Origin: Dictyostelium discoideum
Taxonomy: Eukaryota
Direction: 5' to 3'
Length of the DNA: 64,000 bases
Assembly (NCBI GenBank): GCA_000004695.1
Contig: CM000151.3
Coordinates: 5,152,001-5,216,000, forward strand
Positions 30,768 to 48,377 of the stretch are shown here, one piece after another (within the stretch, counting starts at the first letter, position 1; the number at the start of each line of letters is the position of its first letter). A program made the translations under genes and the position numbers. The notes under the pieces are model-generated. The model worked only from the letters and a program-made list of their open reading frames with translations. It was not told where the DNA came from and ran no database searches.

Positions 30768-31277
30768 ATTTAATTAAATTAAATAAATAAATAAATTTTA
30801 TGGATAAGTTTTAAATAAATAGAAAACTTTGTTGGGGTTTATAATTTTGTTTTTTTTTTTTTTTATTATTATTTTTTAATTCTTTAAATTCATATTTTAA
30901 AAGCTTTATTAAATTATTATTTATACATATGTTGTGTTTCATTTGTTATAATTTTTCAAAGTTTTAAATTGATTAATTTATTATTTTAATACAATAAAAT
31001 TTTATTATTTATTATTAAATTTTTAATTATCTATTTGTTTGAGTTGATAGTATTATTATATCCAAATAATCTTTACCATAAACAACTACAACTTTCCACA
31101 AATTACCAATTTACAATAAACAAAAAGACCATACTCCGAATAGAAAAAAAAAAGAATATATAATTAAAATCATTTAATGATATAGGATAAAATTTTATTT
31201 AATTATAATTATTTAAAAGTTGTTTGATGTATAACAGAATTTTATTAATGTTTTATTTAAAAAAAAAAATATAAATA

Positions 31278-31315
<38 letters not shown>

Positions 31316-31367
31316 ATAAAAAAAAAAAATAGTATTTATAAATAGTTTTTTTTTTTTTTTTTTTTTT

Positions 31368-33332
<1,965 letters not shown>

Positions 33333-33357
33333 TTATAAATAAGTGTAATAAAACTTT

Positions 33358-33405
<48 letters not shown>

Positions 33406-34346
33406 AAATTGAAAATTTAAATAAAAAAAAAAAATAAAAATAAAAATAAAATTTAAAATTAATGAAAAATAATTCAAACTCATATGGTTAATTGGCCCAT
33501 TCAGGAAATCATTCTTTTTTTTTCCCAAAATAAAAAAAAAAAAAAAAAAAAATTAAAAAAAAAAAAAAATTAAAACAAAAATTTAAATAAAAATAAAAAA
33601 AAAAAAAAAAAAAAAAAAAAAGCGAAACAGCCGAGTCCCGTTTAGGAAAGTTTTATAAAAAAAAATTATAAGGTTAAATTAAAAGGTTAAAAATAAAATA
33701 ATATTATGGTTGTAAGTTCTAATTGGGTAAAAAAAAAAAAAAAAAAAAGAAACAATCAAGTGGTTATATTTTATACAAAAAAAAAAATTAAGGAGAAAGA
33801 AGAAAAAAGAAATATAATGTTACATTTGATCATGTTATATGACAGCATGTCCAAATTTTTTTTTTTTAAAAAAAAAAAGATTTTTTTTTATTTTTTTTTA
33901 TTTTTTTTTTTTATTTTTTTTTTTTTATTTTTGTTTGAAAGCTTTTAAGTTATATTTATAACCCTATCACAAAAAAAAAAAAAATAAAAAAAATAAAAAT
34001 AAAAAAAAATAAAAAAAAATAAAAAATAAAAAAATGTGATGATTAAGAAAATTCTTCTTTTTTTTTTTTTTTTTTTTTTTATTTATTCTTACCTTTTTAT
34101 TTTTATTTTTTTATTTTTTTATTTTTTTTAAATAAGAATTAAACTAGTCACAAATTTTAAAATTAAAATAAAAATAAAAACAAAATATCTTATATAAAAT
34201 TTTTTTTTCTTGTTTTCATTTTTTATTTTTTTTTTTAGTTCTGTTTTTTTTTTTTCGTTGTAAATTTGATTTACCTTTTTTTTTTTCAATTTTCAAAAAT
34301 AAAAAAAAAATATAAAAAAATAAAAAAAAAAAGATTTTTCATAATA

Positions 34347-35430
34347 ATGAATGATCCAAGACATATAAGTTATTTATATAGTAAAGTAATATTTAATGAT
34401 AATATTCAACAAATTGTAAATTATATAAATCAACAATCAGCGGTTTTAGAGAATCAAAGATTAAACAATATAATAGATGTAAGACAATTGGTATTACTTG
34501 GTCAATGTTACTTTGAATTGAAATCGATTGAAGGTTTTAAAAAGTCAATGGACTTTTACAAAGAAGCAATGGATTATATAGCCTTATCACCATTTTCAAC
34601 AAGACAAGTGGATTATGCATATGTATTAGCATGTCATGCAGTTTCATATCATTCACATGAATATTATATCGATGGAAAAAGAGAAGTTTCAAGATTTACA
34701 AAAAAGTTAAGAGAACCAAAAGATGTTTATGATCAAATTGAAGCTGCTTTATCAATTTTAACAGAAATTCAATATAGTGGTCCACAAATTGGTGTAATTA
34801 TAAATATGTATCGTATGTAGTATTTTAAATAAATTATTATTATTATTATTATTAAAATAAAAATTAATAAATTAATTATTATTATTTCAAATAGTTGAAT
34901 GTGTATTTTCATGTGGTAAAACAGCAATGTCAATGCAATATGAAGAAGCAGAGATTGAATATTTGAAAGCATTGGCAAAACAATCATTGGTTAATTTAAA
35001 AGGAAATGGATTACCAGATCTTAATGTTGATGTAGCGGATGGATATTGTATGTTGGGTTGTGTACATTTACATTATAAAGATAAGAAATTGGCAAGAAGT
35101 TATTTCAATAAGGCCATTGAATTATATTCCCAACTTTATAATCATCAAACTCATCCAAAGATTTCATTTGTATATAGTAGAATTTTAACAACAATATTGG
35201 ATTTAAAGGACCAAAATAGTGGTTTAAAGGCGATTGCAATCAAAAGAGCTTATTATGGTCATTCTCATTTCGAAGTTATTGATCCACTTTATTCAACCTA
35301 TGTTTGCTTATTAAAAAATAATTCTTATAATATTACTGTTGAAAATGACTTGAACGCAACTCAAAAATTAAATGGTTTAAAAACAAATTCTGAACATATT
35401 TGGGGTAATTCTTGTTGTACAATTTTATAA
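34347..35430 (+). CDS. hypothetical alpha-helical (TPR-like?) protein, 2 exons
   Basis: Exon 1 is 34347..34812 (donor C|GTATGT, carry 1). The intron is 82 nt. Exon 2 is 34895..35430 (acceptor TTTCAAATAG, supplies 2). The junction reads ...IINMY-L-ECVFSCGKTAMSMQYEEAEIEYLKALAKQ.... No catalytic motif was recognised. Confidence 0.5.
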
Positions 35431-35648
35431 AAAACCAACATTTTATTATTATTATTTTTTTCTTTAAAGAAAAAAAAAAAAAAAAAAAAAAACATTTGCA
35501 TGAGCAACTTTTGGGGGGTTGGTTATTTTTTAAGATATTTTTAAATTTATTTTTAGAAAAACAAAAAAAAAAAAAAAAAAAAAATTAAAATAAAATAAAA
35601 TAAAATATCTTGTCTGTAAATTAATGAATTGACAACGTTTTTTCTTTT

Positions 35649-35681
<33 letters not shown>

Positions 35682-36190
35682 TTTCAGTTAGTTCGAGTTC
35701 GTATTTGAAAACTTTCGTTCCAACAAATCAAATAATTTTATTTTATTTTATTTTATTTTTTTTTTTTTTTTATTTTTTTGGCTTCGAAATAAATATCTGT
35801 TGATGATAGTAATCAAAACGTTTTTTAATTTTTTTTTTTTTTAATTTTATTTTAATTTTAATTTTATTTTTAATTTTTTTTTTTTTTTTGAAATCAAACA
35901 AAATTATTTTTAAATTATAAGGTCGTTGGTTTTTTTTTTTTTTCTTCATACACCCTACAATTAATTTTTTTTTTTTTTTATAAATATTCTGAAAATGTAA
36001 ATATTATTAAATAATTATTAAATATTAAAATATTTTTTTTTAGTAAAAAGAGTATTAATAATTTTAAAAAAAAAATTTTCTATTTTTATTTTTGATTTAT
36101 TTTTATCTTTTTTTCTTTTTTAAAATCCGGAATTTCATTTGAAATTTCAATTTTTTATTTTTTCATTTTTTTTATTTTTTTTGGGAATAG

Positions 36191-36752
36191 GTTAAAATTT
36201 GATGGATATAATAAAAAATTTAAAATAATAGAAGATTTAATAAATAATCAATTTAAAATTAATACATTAAATAAAAATTTTTATTGTCATGGACAAGTTT
36301 CATCACCAATTTCAATATCAATTAGAGATTTTGGATTATTACAAATTCCATGTTGTTCAACTCAATTAAAAGAAATAATTGAAAGATTTAAATATAGGTT
36401 TACATATAAAGGTGTTTTTGAAATTCCATTGGATTTAATTACATTTGATAATGATATTTGGGCTAGTACAAAGAAAATTATGATTCAAAAGGTGAAAGTT
36501 GGTTTAGGAATTCAAGAGAATGAAAAGATAACATTAGAATTATACAGACTTTTAATTTATAATAAAGATTCAAGTGTTGCCACATTTATAAAACCAAAAA
36601 CATATAATTCATTTGGATCACATTCAAGTGGTTCAAATAGTAGTGGTGAAGAATCTTTAGCTGATATTGAAAAATTAAAAGTTAGAAGGAATAGTACTGG
36701 TAGTAGTAGTAGTAGTAGTAGTAGTAATAATAGTAATAGCAGCAAAAATAAA

Positions 36753-36786
<34 letters not shown>

Positions 36787-37170
36787 TTAAAAATTTTATT
36801 GGTACATTAGGTATGGTTTTACCATCAACTCATAGTGGTGGAAATTTAATTATATCACATAGGGATGGTCAAACTGTTGAAATATCATTACAAGTTGAAC
36901 CAGAGCCAACAGCTCATATTATAAAATATGCTGCATTTAACTCTGATTGTAGTTATGAAATTCAAACTGTAACCTCTGGTTATAGAGTTACACTATTATA
37001 TAAAATTATGAAAACTGGTAAAAGGACTTCTCATTCACCTTCAACTTATTCTTCTTTATCACCAACTTTATCAAACACATCATCAAATTCTCCTTCTTCT
37101 TCTCCCTCACTATTATCTCCAACTCTTTTTCCAAATTCAACTACAACAACAACTACAACTAATAATAATA

Positions 37171-37207
<37 letters not shown>

Positions 37208-37886
37208 TATAAAAAATGAAATTCCACCAATAATTGATATTGCAAATAATATTCAAGAAATTTATAAAGAAATTAAAAATTTATTACAATTTGATTCTGA
37301 TAAATTTATATATGTTTTAGAGAATCAATATGAAACAGTATCCCAAATTACTGGTGGTAATGATCAAATTATATTGGAAAAATTAAAATCAGCAGTACAA
37401 TTAAATGATAATAATGATAATAATAATAATAATAATAATGATAATAATAATAATAATGATAATAATAATGAAGCTGGTGATAATGACCACCAAAAATTAT
37501 CATTATTTTTATCAACTTTATATATTGAAGAAACAGTTTTAAAAAAAGAAAATCAAGTAATTTATAAAAATATATTTTTAGATAATTTAATAAATTGTTG
37601 TGAAGGTGATGATAATGAAGAGGATTTAAAATCAGAAACTACAACAACAACAACTACAACAATGGAAAAATTAAAAGAATCTAAAGAAATTGTAGATATC
37701 AACAAAGATAGTCAAACTGAAATTAATAATAATAATAATAATACTACCACTATTTCAGTAAATTTAGAAAACGAAATCTTACCAAATGGTTCATTAAATC
37801 ATTTGACACCCTATAAAATTAAAAATTATAATATAAAATTTTATAAAACTTCAGTTTTAGTTGTTTTATTAAATAAAAAAAAATAA
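36191..37886 (+). CDS. hypothetical protein; 3' exon of a gene whose 5' exon(s) were not found
   Basis: The reading frame is open from the acceptor GGGAATAG|G at 36190 to the stop at 37886 (...LVVLLNKKK*). The first in-frame ATG is only ~95 codons in. The protein-like N-terminal stretch YNKKFKIIEDLINNQFKINTLNKNFYCHGQVSSPISISIRDFGLLQIPCCSTQLKEIIERFKYRFTYKGVFEIPLDL implies an upstream exon. The central IGTLGMVLPSTHSGGNLIISHRDGQTVEISLQ...AHIIKYAAFNSDCSYEIQTVTSGYRVTLLY is faintly reminiscent of a double-stranded beta-helix/2OG-oxygenase core (low confidence). Confidence 0.4.
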
Positions 37887-38003
37887 AATAAATTAATTTT
37901 TATTTATATAAATATAAACTTTTTATTTTTTTTTATTTGTTTTAAAAAATAATATTCATTTATTTTTATTTATATATTATTATTGTTATTATTATTATTA
38001 TTA

Positions 38004-39121
38004 TTAATCTTTTTTTGAAATAATTAGACAATAGTTTGGAATTTCATTAACAACTTTGTCAATTTTGAAACCAGCTTTATCACTAATATTGGAGAATTGT
38101 TTAATTGTTTTTTCTTCTGAACCAAAAAAATGAAACATCATAACATCAAGATACAAATGACCTTTATTATAATTTTTTGGATTAATAATACAATCAAAAA
38201 TTATAACTTTTCCACCTGGTAATATTGATTTACCAATTGTTTCTAAAATTTTTATACAATCTTCATCTTTCCAATCATGAAGAATACTATTTTAAAAAAA
38301 AAAAAAAAAAAAGGTGAGGATTTTATTTTTATTTTTATTTTTTTTTTTTAATTTTATTTTATATATATAAAAATAATAAGAAATTACCGTTTTAAAATAT
38401 AACAATCACCTTCTGGTACAGATTCAAAGAAATTACCACTTTTATGTTCTAATCTAGGATTTTTAATTAATTCACCAGCACCATTGAAAAATGATTCTAA
38501 ATCGAAATTTATACCATGAGAATTTGGATATTTTTCTAAAATTTCACAAACAAAACGACCATGACTACCACCAATATCAACGATTTTTTTGAATGGACTG
38601 AAATCAATAAATTTTAAAGCACTCTCTATTGCTTCACTTGATGAAACTTTCATTGCATTTTTAAAGAATTCTTCTTCACCTGGTTTTTTAATAAGATCCC
38701 ACCAACTATTAACACCTAATGATTTATGACATTGTGGTTCACCAGTTTCAATTGATAAATCAAGTGATTTCATCATATTGTATGCTAGATCATTATTACA
38801 CCATTCAACGAATGTTGCATATTTATCACTTGTAAATAGTGATGATTTTGGTGTCTTTTTAAAAGTTCCTAAATTATTTAAATCCTCTTCAAATAATCCA
38901 ATACTTGTAGTAAAGTATCTTAAAAGTTTATAAATACCAATTGGTGATGTTTGAGTTTTTTCTGCAACTTGTTGATAAGTTTTTGGTAAACCATCTTCAA
39001 ATACTTCTGGAACTTTATGTTTTACAAGAATATACAATAACCTACTCTCAATTAAACCTGTAACACTATTTAAAATATAATCAAATGAATTTTTGATTTC
39101 TATATTTTCTTCCCTTTCCAT
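38004..39121 (-). CDS. SAM-dependent O-methyltransferase (class II, plant COMT-like)
   Basis: Exon 1 is 39121..38388 (ends ...GDCYILK + CG, donor GTAATT). The intron is 101 nt. Exon 2 is 38286..38004. The junction reads ...[37 protein letters not shown]...
- SAM motif: VDIGGSHGRF.
- The LKNPRLEHKSGNFFESVPEGD and ILHDW.DE.C motifs are typical of this family.
- The product is ~339 aa. Confidence 0.8.
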
Positions 39122-39405
39122 TTAAAATTTTAAATATTATTATTTATATATATTTATATGAAAAAAAAAATAAAATAAAATAAAATAAAATAAAACAAAA
39201 GAAAAAAAGAAAAAATAAATAACAAAAAAAAAAAAAATATAAAAAGGAAAAAATAAAAAAAAAATAAAATTATATAAAAACAAAAAATTAATTTCAAAAT
39301 ATAATCAAAAACAAAAAATTAACGGGGGTGTTGAACATTAACACAATAATTTATATAAATGATTTATAAGTTAAATAAAATTAGTTTAAAATCATTTCCA
39401 GATTT

Positions 39406-39438
<33 letters not shown>

Positions 39439-39602
39439 ATAAAAAAAAAAATAAAATAAAAAAAAAAAAAATTTAATAGAATCATCATAAAATCTATTCA
39501 TATAATTCACAGTTCAAAATTCCATAGAATTTATTGTTTGTTCTATTTCTTTTAATTTTTTTAGAAAGATTTTTTAATTTTTGATTTTTTTTTTTCAGAA
39601 AT

Positions 39603-39636
<34 letters not shown>

Positions 39637-40597
39637 TATTATAATTTAAAAAAATAATATAGAAAAAAAAAAAAAAAAAAAACTGTTTTTTTTTTTATGT
39701 GACATGATTTTGATAAAAGAAAAATTAAAAAAAGAAATTGGAAAAATTCTAACAAACGGCTAATATTTATTTGAAATTAAAATATCAATTACAATGGCAC
39801 CTTATTTTTGGAATATCTTATTATAAAAAAAAAAATAAAAAAATAAAAAAAATAAAAAAATAAAAAAATAAAAAATAATTTAGGTGAGTATTGCTCGTGT
39901 TTTATCAGAATCTTGTAATAGAAAAATAAAATTAAATTAAATAAATAAATATATAAATAAAAATAAAGTAATAAGTTGATGACAATATCTAAAATTTATT
40001 ATGAATGTTTTTTATTATTGAAAATTTTTACTTTATATTTGAGATTTAAAATTATGTTTGTATCGACATTAAAAACTCACCACATGGCTTTTTTCCACCT
40101 AGGTGAAAAAAGTCTAATTATATAAACATAAATTATTTTAGTTTGTGAGCGAGATTGTATCTAATTTAATATCTTGATAAAACATAATTTTATTGTAACA
40201 ATTTAATTATTAAAAATAAAAGTGGCGACATATTAATTGATTTTAATGATGAAATTTTTAAATCTAACCAATCTTAAATGAAAATAAAAAAAAAATGACC
40301 ATCTTGGATTTTTTTTTTTTTTATAATATGACATTTGTATTTTAATAAAAAAAAATAAAAAAAAAACTTTTTTATTTTCTAGTAATAAACAAATAATTTT
40401 TTAAAATAATACATTGATTCTTAGGGGGGTCAAAAAACTATATTAAATTTAACTTTTTTTTTTTTTTTTTTTTTTTTTAATTTTTTTAATTTTTTTATTA
40501 TTACTTTTATTTATGTTTTTTTTATATATATATATGTATATTTATATATATTTTTTTTTTTTTTTTTTTTTATTATTTTTTTTTTAAAAAATTATTT

Positions 40598-41264
40598 TTA
40601 TAAACCTAAAAATCTACGTTTAATAGGTTTTAATTGTATTACAGTTACATTGATAATGATTGAATCATTTATGATGAAACCCATTTCAGGATCAAAGAGT
40701 GAGAAAATACCAATAAACTTTGGATAACCAAAGGATAAATTTTTACTATTGAAAAGATATTGAACCCAATTCTTTATGGATTTATCAGGATAAGTTTGAC
40801 TAACCAATTCCAAAGAGAATAAAACATTCTCTTCATTTTGATCTCTATACTCTAAATAAACAGACATTTGATTACTAATTGGTTGACCACATGGATGCAC
40901 TTTGATAGCCCATTGTTTTTCACAACAACGAAATACAGGAGAAACAAAAGCATCCAATTTCTTTGAAATATTTGGTACACGATAAGAATGAGTTTGTGTT
41001 GAACCAAGATTAAATTTATTAATATTATCAATCAATGGTGATGTTGATGCCATATCAATCTTTATCTTTAATGTATTATTAACTAAAAATCCATTCTCTT
41101 GATTTAAAATTGTAAATAATCTAACAAATGTTACATATCCATGATTTAATTCTTTCATATTAAAATTATGTGCTGAAACTAAAAATAATTAAAAAAAAAT
41201 AATAATTAAAAAATAATAATAATAAATTAATATAAAATGATATCATTTGATTGAAAGAATATAG

Positions 41265-41332
<68 letters not shown>

Positions 41333-41716
41333 ATATTACATTTTTCAATATTTTCAGTTTGTCTTTTTTGATTTACAAGAGTAATACGATAGGAAACGGA
41401 TTTCTCCAAGAAAGGGTTATCCAACATATCACAATTGCTAACGAAAATTGAAAGTTTACCAGTGGAATCTTTTCCATCTGGATAGATTTTTAAACGCCAA
41501 TTTGCACCAACCAATGGAAAGATTGATGTATAAAATTGATCTCTTTTATGTGTAAAATTATTAATTGTAACTAACCATGATCCATTATTTAATGTATTGG
41601 TTAATTCATATTGACTATTATCTAAATCAACTATATCTACAGTATCATCTTTAAGTATTGCTCTATTAGATGATGTAGTTATTGTTGTCGTGGTTGATGT
41701 TGTTGTTGTTGTTGGA

Positions 41717-41763
<47 letters not shown>

Positions 41764-41815
41764 GGTATTATTTGATGTTGTATTATTTATTGATGGCAAT
41801 GATGCCACATTCTCT

Positions 41816-41850
<35 letters not shown>

Positions 41851-41879
41851 ATCATTTGATTGTTGATTTGGTAAATCTA

Positions 41880-41916
<37 letters not shown>

Positions 41917-41939
41917 ATTACTATTATTATTACTACTAT

Positions 41940-41972
<33 letters not shown>

Positions 41973-42509
41973 TATTACTACTATTATTATTGTTATTATT
42001 ATTATTACTATTATTATTATTGTTATTACTATTGTTATTATTATTATTATTTTCATTTACATTTTCTTCATTTTCAATTTCATTTTCATCAATTTCATTC
42101 TCATTATCAATATCATTATTATTTGCATTCGGTTGTGCACCAGTGGGATTTAAAACTGATGGCATTGGTTTTTCTATTATATCTTCTTCTATTATATCTT
42201 CTGGTATATTAACTCTTTGTAATTGTTGTAATCTAATTTCATTTCCTTCTATATCATCAATATCGATATCAATATCTATATCAATATCGACATCTCTTAA
42301 ATTTCTATAAGGGTTTATATTATTTCTACCATTCGGGTTTCTCCTATTATTATTATTACCATTATTATTATTATTGTTATTATTATTATTATTATTTTTA
42401 CCATGATCTAAATCCATTTGATCTAAATCAATTTCAACATCTTGTTCTGTCGCCATCGAAGACTCTGATGCTGTATTATTGTTATTACTCCTTCTTACTG
42501 CTGGGCTTC

Positions 42510-42575
<66 letters not shown>

Positions 42576-43773
42576 TACTATTATTATTATTTTGATTTTG
42601 ATTTTGATTTTGAATTTGATTTTGGTTTTGGTTTTGAGTTTGATTTTGAGTTTGATTTTGATTTTGAGTTTGAGTTTGATTTTGATTTTGATTTTGAGTT
42701 TGATTTTGATTTTGATTTTGATTTTGATTTTGATTTTGATTTTGAATTGATTGATCAACGACAGTACATGTTGAACTTTGACTTGAAGTAGTATTAAAAG
42801 TACTTGCTTCATTTATACTACCATTACTATTATTACTTGTGTTACTTGTATTACTTGTAACACTTTGAGAATCATCATTATCAGTGATGACCAAATGAAT
42901 TTCTTTTCTTCTAGCGACACCACTACCGCCAGAAGAATTTATTCTTCGGTTATTATTATTTGTAAAAAGTGAACTACTTAAAAGGGTATTTAATACATGT
43001 TGATTATTATATGTAGTGGTGGTGGTTCCATTGTGATTTTGATTTTGATTTTGATTTTGATTTTGATTTTGATTTTGATTTTGATTTTGATTTTGATTTT
43101 GATTTTGATTTTGATTTTGATTTTGATTTTGATTTTGATTTGTCGATGGTGAAGATTGATTAAAACCAAAATCAGAATTTGTATCGAAATCAGAATTATC
43201 ATCTTCAGTAATTTCAGACATACTTTCAGCACCACCATCATTTGTACTACTATTATTACTTATACTACTACTACTATTTCTAATGCTACCACTACTGCCA
43301 CCCAACCCACCACTCTCAGAGGAGGTTAATGATTGACGTTTCAACTCTTTTAGATTTCTCTCAATCTTTTGATCCATTGATTTCTTTGCTTGGTCAAAGA
43401 TACTTAAATATTCGGGTGATATGTCTAAAATACTTTGCAATGAGTCGTATATCGATGATAAACCATTCTCATCGTTTTCATCGTCTTGAATGTCTGCTTC
43501 GTTCGTTATTGATGTTAGTGAGCTCACCTTTTGAAGGATCCTATTCTTTGCAATGGTGACTTCTTTTTCACATTCATTTAAAAGTTTCTCTTTGACTTCC
43601 ACTACATTACTAGTGTTACTACTACCAAGTTTCTTTTCAATATATTTCAAATTCTCTTTTAAAATATTATCCAATAATAAAATTTGTTTCTTTAATTTAT
43701 CCCTAACCTTTGTTGCTTCTTCCTTTTTCTTTTCTAATCTATCTTTTAATTTTCTTAAATTTTTATCTGACAT
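40598..43773 (-). CDS. MATH (TRAF-like) domain protein with N-terminal coiled coil and long poly-N, (QN)n and (DI)n tracts
   Basis: Exon 1 is 43773..41340 (MSDKNLRKLKDRLEKKKEEATKVRDKLKK...). The first MATH half is WLVTINNFTHKRDQFYTSIFPLVGANWRLKIYPDGKDSTGKLSIFV...YRITLVNQ. The donor is T|GTAATA at 41339. The intron is ~161-167 nt and contains the (CA)32 run. The acceptor is TTATTTTTAG at 41179 (or TTTCAG at 41173). Exon 2 ends at 40598 and completes MATH 1; a second MATH domain follows (AFVSPVFRCCEKQWAIKVHPCG...LSLELVSQ...IGIFSLFD). Confidence 0.7.
41266..41329. repeat. (TG)32 / (CA)32 dinucleotide microsatellite inside the MATH-gene intron
   Basis: Perfect tgtg... run from 41266 to 41329. 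The six-frame ORFs translated as THTHTH/CVCVCV across it are artefacts. Confidence 0.9.
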
Positions 43774-44449
43774 TTCTTTTTTTTTTTTTCTCTCTCCTTC
43801 CTCTGTCTGTTTTTACTGAAATTAAAAAAAAAAAATAAAATTAAAAAATTAAAAAAAAAAAATAAAAAAATTAAAATTAAAATCAAATTTGTCGAACGTG
43901 AAGTCAATTTGTGATTGGAAGAAAAGAAAAAAAAAAAAAAAAAAAATTAAAATTAAAATTAAATCAAAATTTAATTTATATATATTTTATTTTTATTTTA
44001 TTTTATTTTTTTGTTTTTTTTATTTGTATGTATTACCTTAATATAAAATAAATAAAATTTTTGTGATTTTATCCTTTTCTGTTATTTAATAACAGAAAAG
44101 AAATTTCTATTTTTTTTTTTTTTAATTGTATAATTTTTTTTTTTTTTTTTTTTTTTTTTTATTATTTTTTATTTATTTTTTTTTATTTTTATTTTTTATT
44201 TTTTATTTTATTTTATCTTATTTTTCAATTATTTATTTATTTTATTTTATTTATTTTTTTATGGAAGGGTTTAAATAAATTAATTATTTAAATATGTGGG
44301 TATATTTATATCTTTATGAGAGTGTATTGGTGGGTGTCTTGGAGACTTGGGAATAATCAACTGCGTTAAAAAAAAAAAAAATTTTCAAAATTTTTTTTTA
44401 TTTTTTTTTTATTTTTTTTTTTTTATATTTTTTTGGTTTTAAGGTAGCC

Positions 44450-44480
<31 letters not shown>

Positions 44481-44716
44481 AAAAAATAGATTTTTTTTCA
44501 ATCAATAACTTTGGCTAAAAAAAAAAAAGTCCAATTATATTCATAACCAGCCAAAATGTTTCGCTCGACTCAATGAAGAATATTTTTTTTTTTTTTTGTT
44601 TTTCTTATTTTTTTTTTTCTTTTTATTAACCAATTTTCGTTGATTATTTTTGACAAGCGAGATTTATGCTATTTTTCATTTGTTTTATGCATTCCATTTT
44701 TTTTTATAATTATTAA

Positions 44717-44747
<31 letters not shown>

Positions 44748-45069
44748 TTAAAATAGAAAATAAAAATAAAAAAAAAAAAAGAATATTTGACCAAAATTTC
44801 CTCGACAGAATTAAAAAAAAAAAAAATTACATTATTTTCAGATAATACCGAGATTTTTGTCACTTTTGCCAGTAAAAAAACATGTTTTTTTTATTTTCTT
44901 AATTTTTATTTTTTTAATTTTTTTTTTTTAACCATTTTCAGAATTAATTAATAGTAATTTTGACTGTTTTTGGGTGGTTTGATTATTTTTTTATTTTTTT
45001 TAATATTGATTAATCTGTGTTTATCCATTAAATGAAACAAACAATAATTAATGGTTTTATTTGTATAAA

Positions 45070-45142
<73 letters not shown>

Positions 45143-45400
45143 TAGATAATAATAATAATAAATATAAAAAAAATAATATTTTCATAAATATAAAAAAAAA
45201 AAAAAAAAAAAAAAATATCAATACAACCTACAAAATTAATGACCAAGTGATTGATAATTATAAGTTTAAAAATTTAATCATAAGTTCTTCTTTAAACTCT
45301 TTAATAGTAATACGGCTATTAAATATTTAACAACAGTTATAATAACTAATAATTTAACAAAAAAAATTATAGTATCCCATATTATGTTTGACGAATTTAG

Positions 45401-45431
<31 letters not shown>

Positions 45432-45675
45432 CAAAAACAAAAACAAAAACAAAAAAAAAAAAAGATATTTGTCTGCACATATTTTATAATAAAAAATATA
45501 ACAGAGTTAAATTCTTTATTTGATAATTTGTATAAAAAAGGATAACTACTTTACATAGTTTTAAAACTATTAATTATTGTTTATTTCCTGTATAATTAAT
45601 AATAATAATAATAATATAATTTGATTTAGGCAAAACTGTATAAATAACTATTAGTACCAATGATTATTCACAATA

Positions 45676-45685
45676 GGAATCGAAC
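45676..45685 (-). promoter_or_regulatory. external B box (exB) downstream of tRNA-Asp
   Basis: The minus strand reads GTTCGATTCC. This is a B-box consensus copy lying 30 nt past the tRNA 3' end, beyond the T5 terminator. Dictyostelid tRNA genes characteristically carry this. Confidence 0.55.
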
Positions 45686-45715
45686 ATGCGATCTCTTTTT
45701 AGTTCTCAGAAAAAG

Positions 45716-45787
45716 CTCCCTGTCCGGGAATTGAACCCGGGCCTTTCGCGTGACAGGCGAAAATCCTCACCACTAGACCAACAAGGA
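45716..45787 (-). tRNA. tRNA-Asp (anticodon GUC)
   Basis: The minus strand reads TCCTTGTTGGTCTAGTGGTGAGGATTTTCGCCTGTCACGCGAAAGGCCCGGGTTCAATTCCCGGACAGGGAG (72 nt). It has a 7-bp acceptor stem (one U-G), an anticodon stem TTCGC/GCGAA with loop CTGTCAC (GUC), and a T-arm CCGGG-TTCAATT-CCCGG. It closely resembles eukaryotic tRNA-Asp. A CTTTTT terminator follows immediately downstream. Confidence 0.85.
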
Positions 45788-46042
45788 AATTTCATGAAAT
45801 TTAATTTTAAATATAAAAGTTTATATAAACAAATAAAAAAAAAAAAGAAATTTCAAGAATTAAAATTTTTATTTGATTTAAAATCATAAAATTAGAAATT
45901 AAAAAAAAAGTACAATTCATTCTTTTTTATTTGTTTATATAATTTGATTTTTTTAATTTTTTTTTTTTTAAAATTTTAATTTATTTTTTTTTTTTTTTTT
46001 TCATTTTCGCAATCTCACTTTTTTTTTTATATTAATAATACC

Positions 46043-46089
<47 letters not shown>

Positions 46090-46094
46090 TTTAA

Positions 46095-48377
<2,283 letters not shown>

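Noticed and set aside
41166-41451. ORFs translating THTHTH / CVCVCV across 41266-41329
   Set aside because: They are the (TG)32 microsatellite. It lies between a GTAATA donor and a T-rich AG acceptor and is intronic.
45061-45330. ORFs 45028..45246 (-) and 45061..45330 (+) (poly-I / poly-N)
   Set aside because: Translations of an intergenic (AAT)24 microsatellite with no flanking coding sequence.
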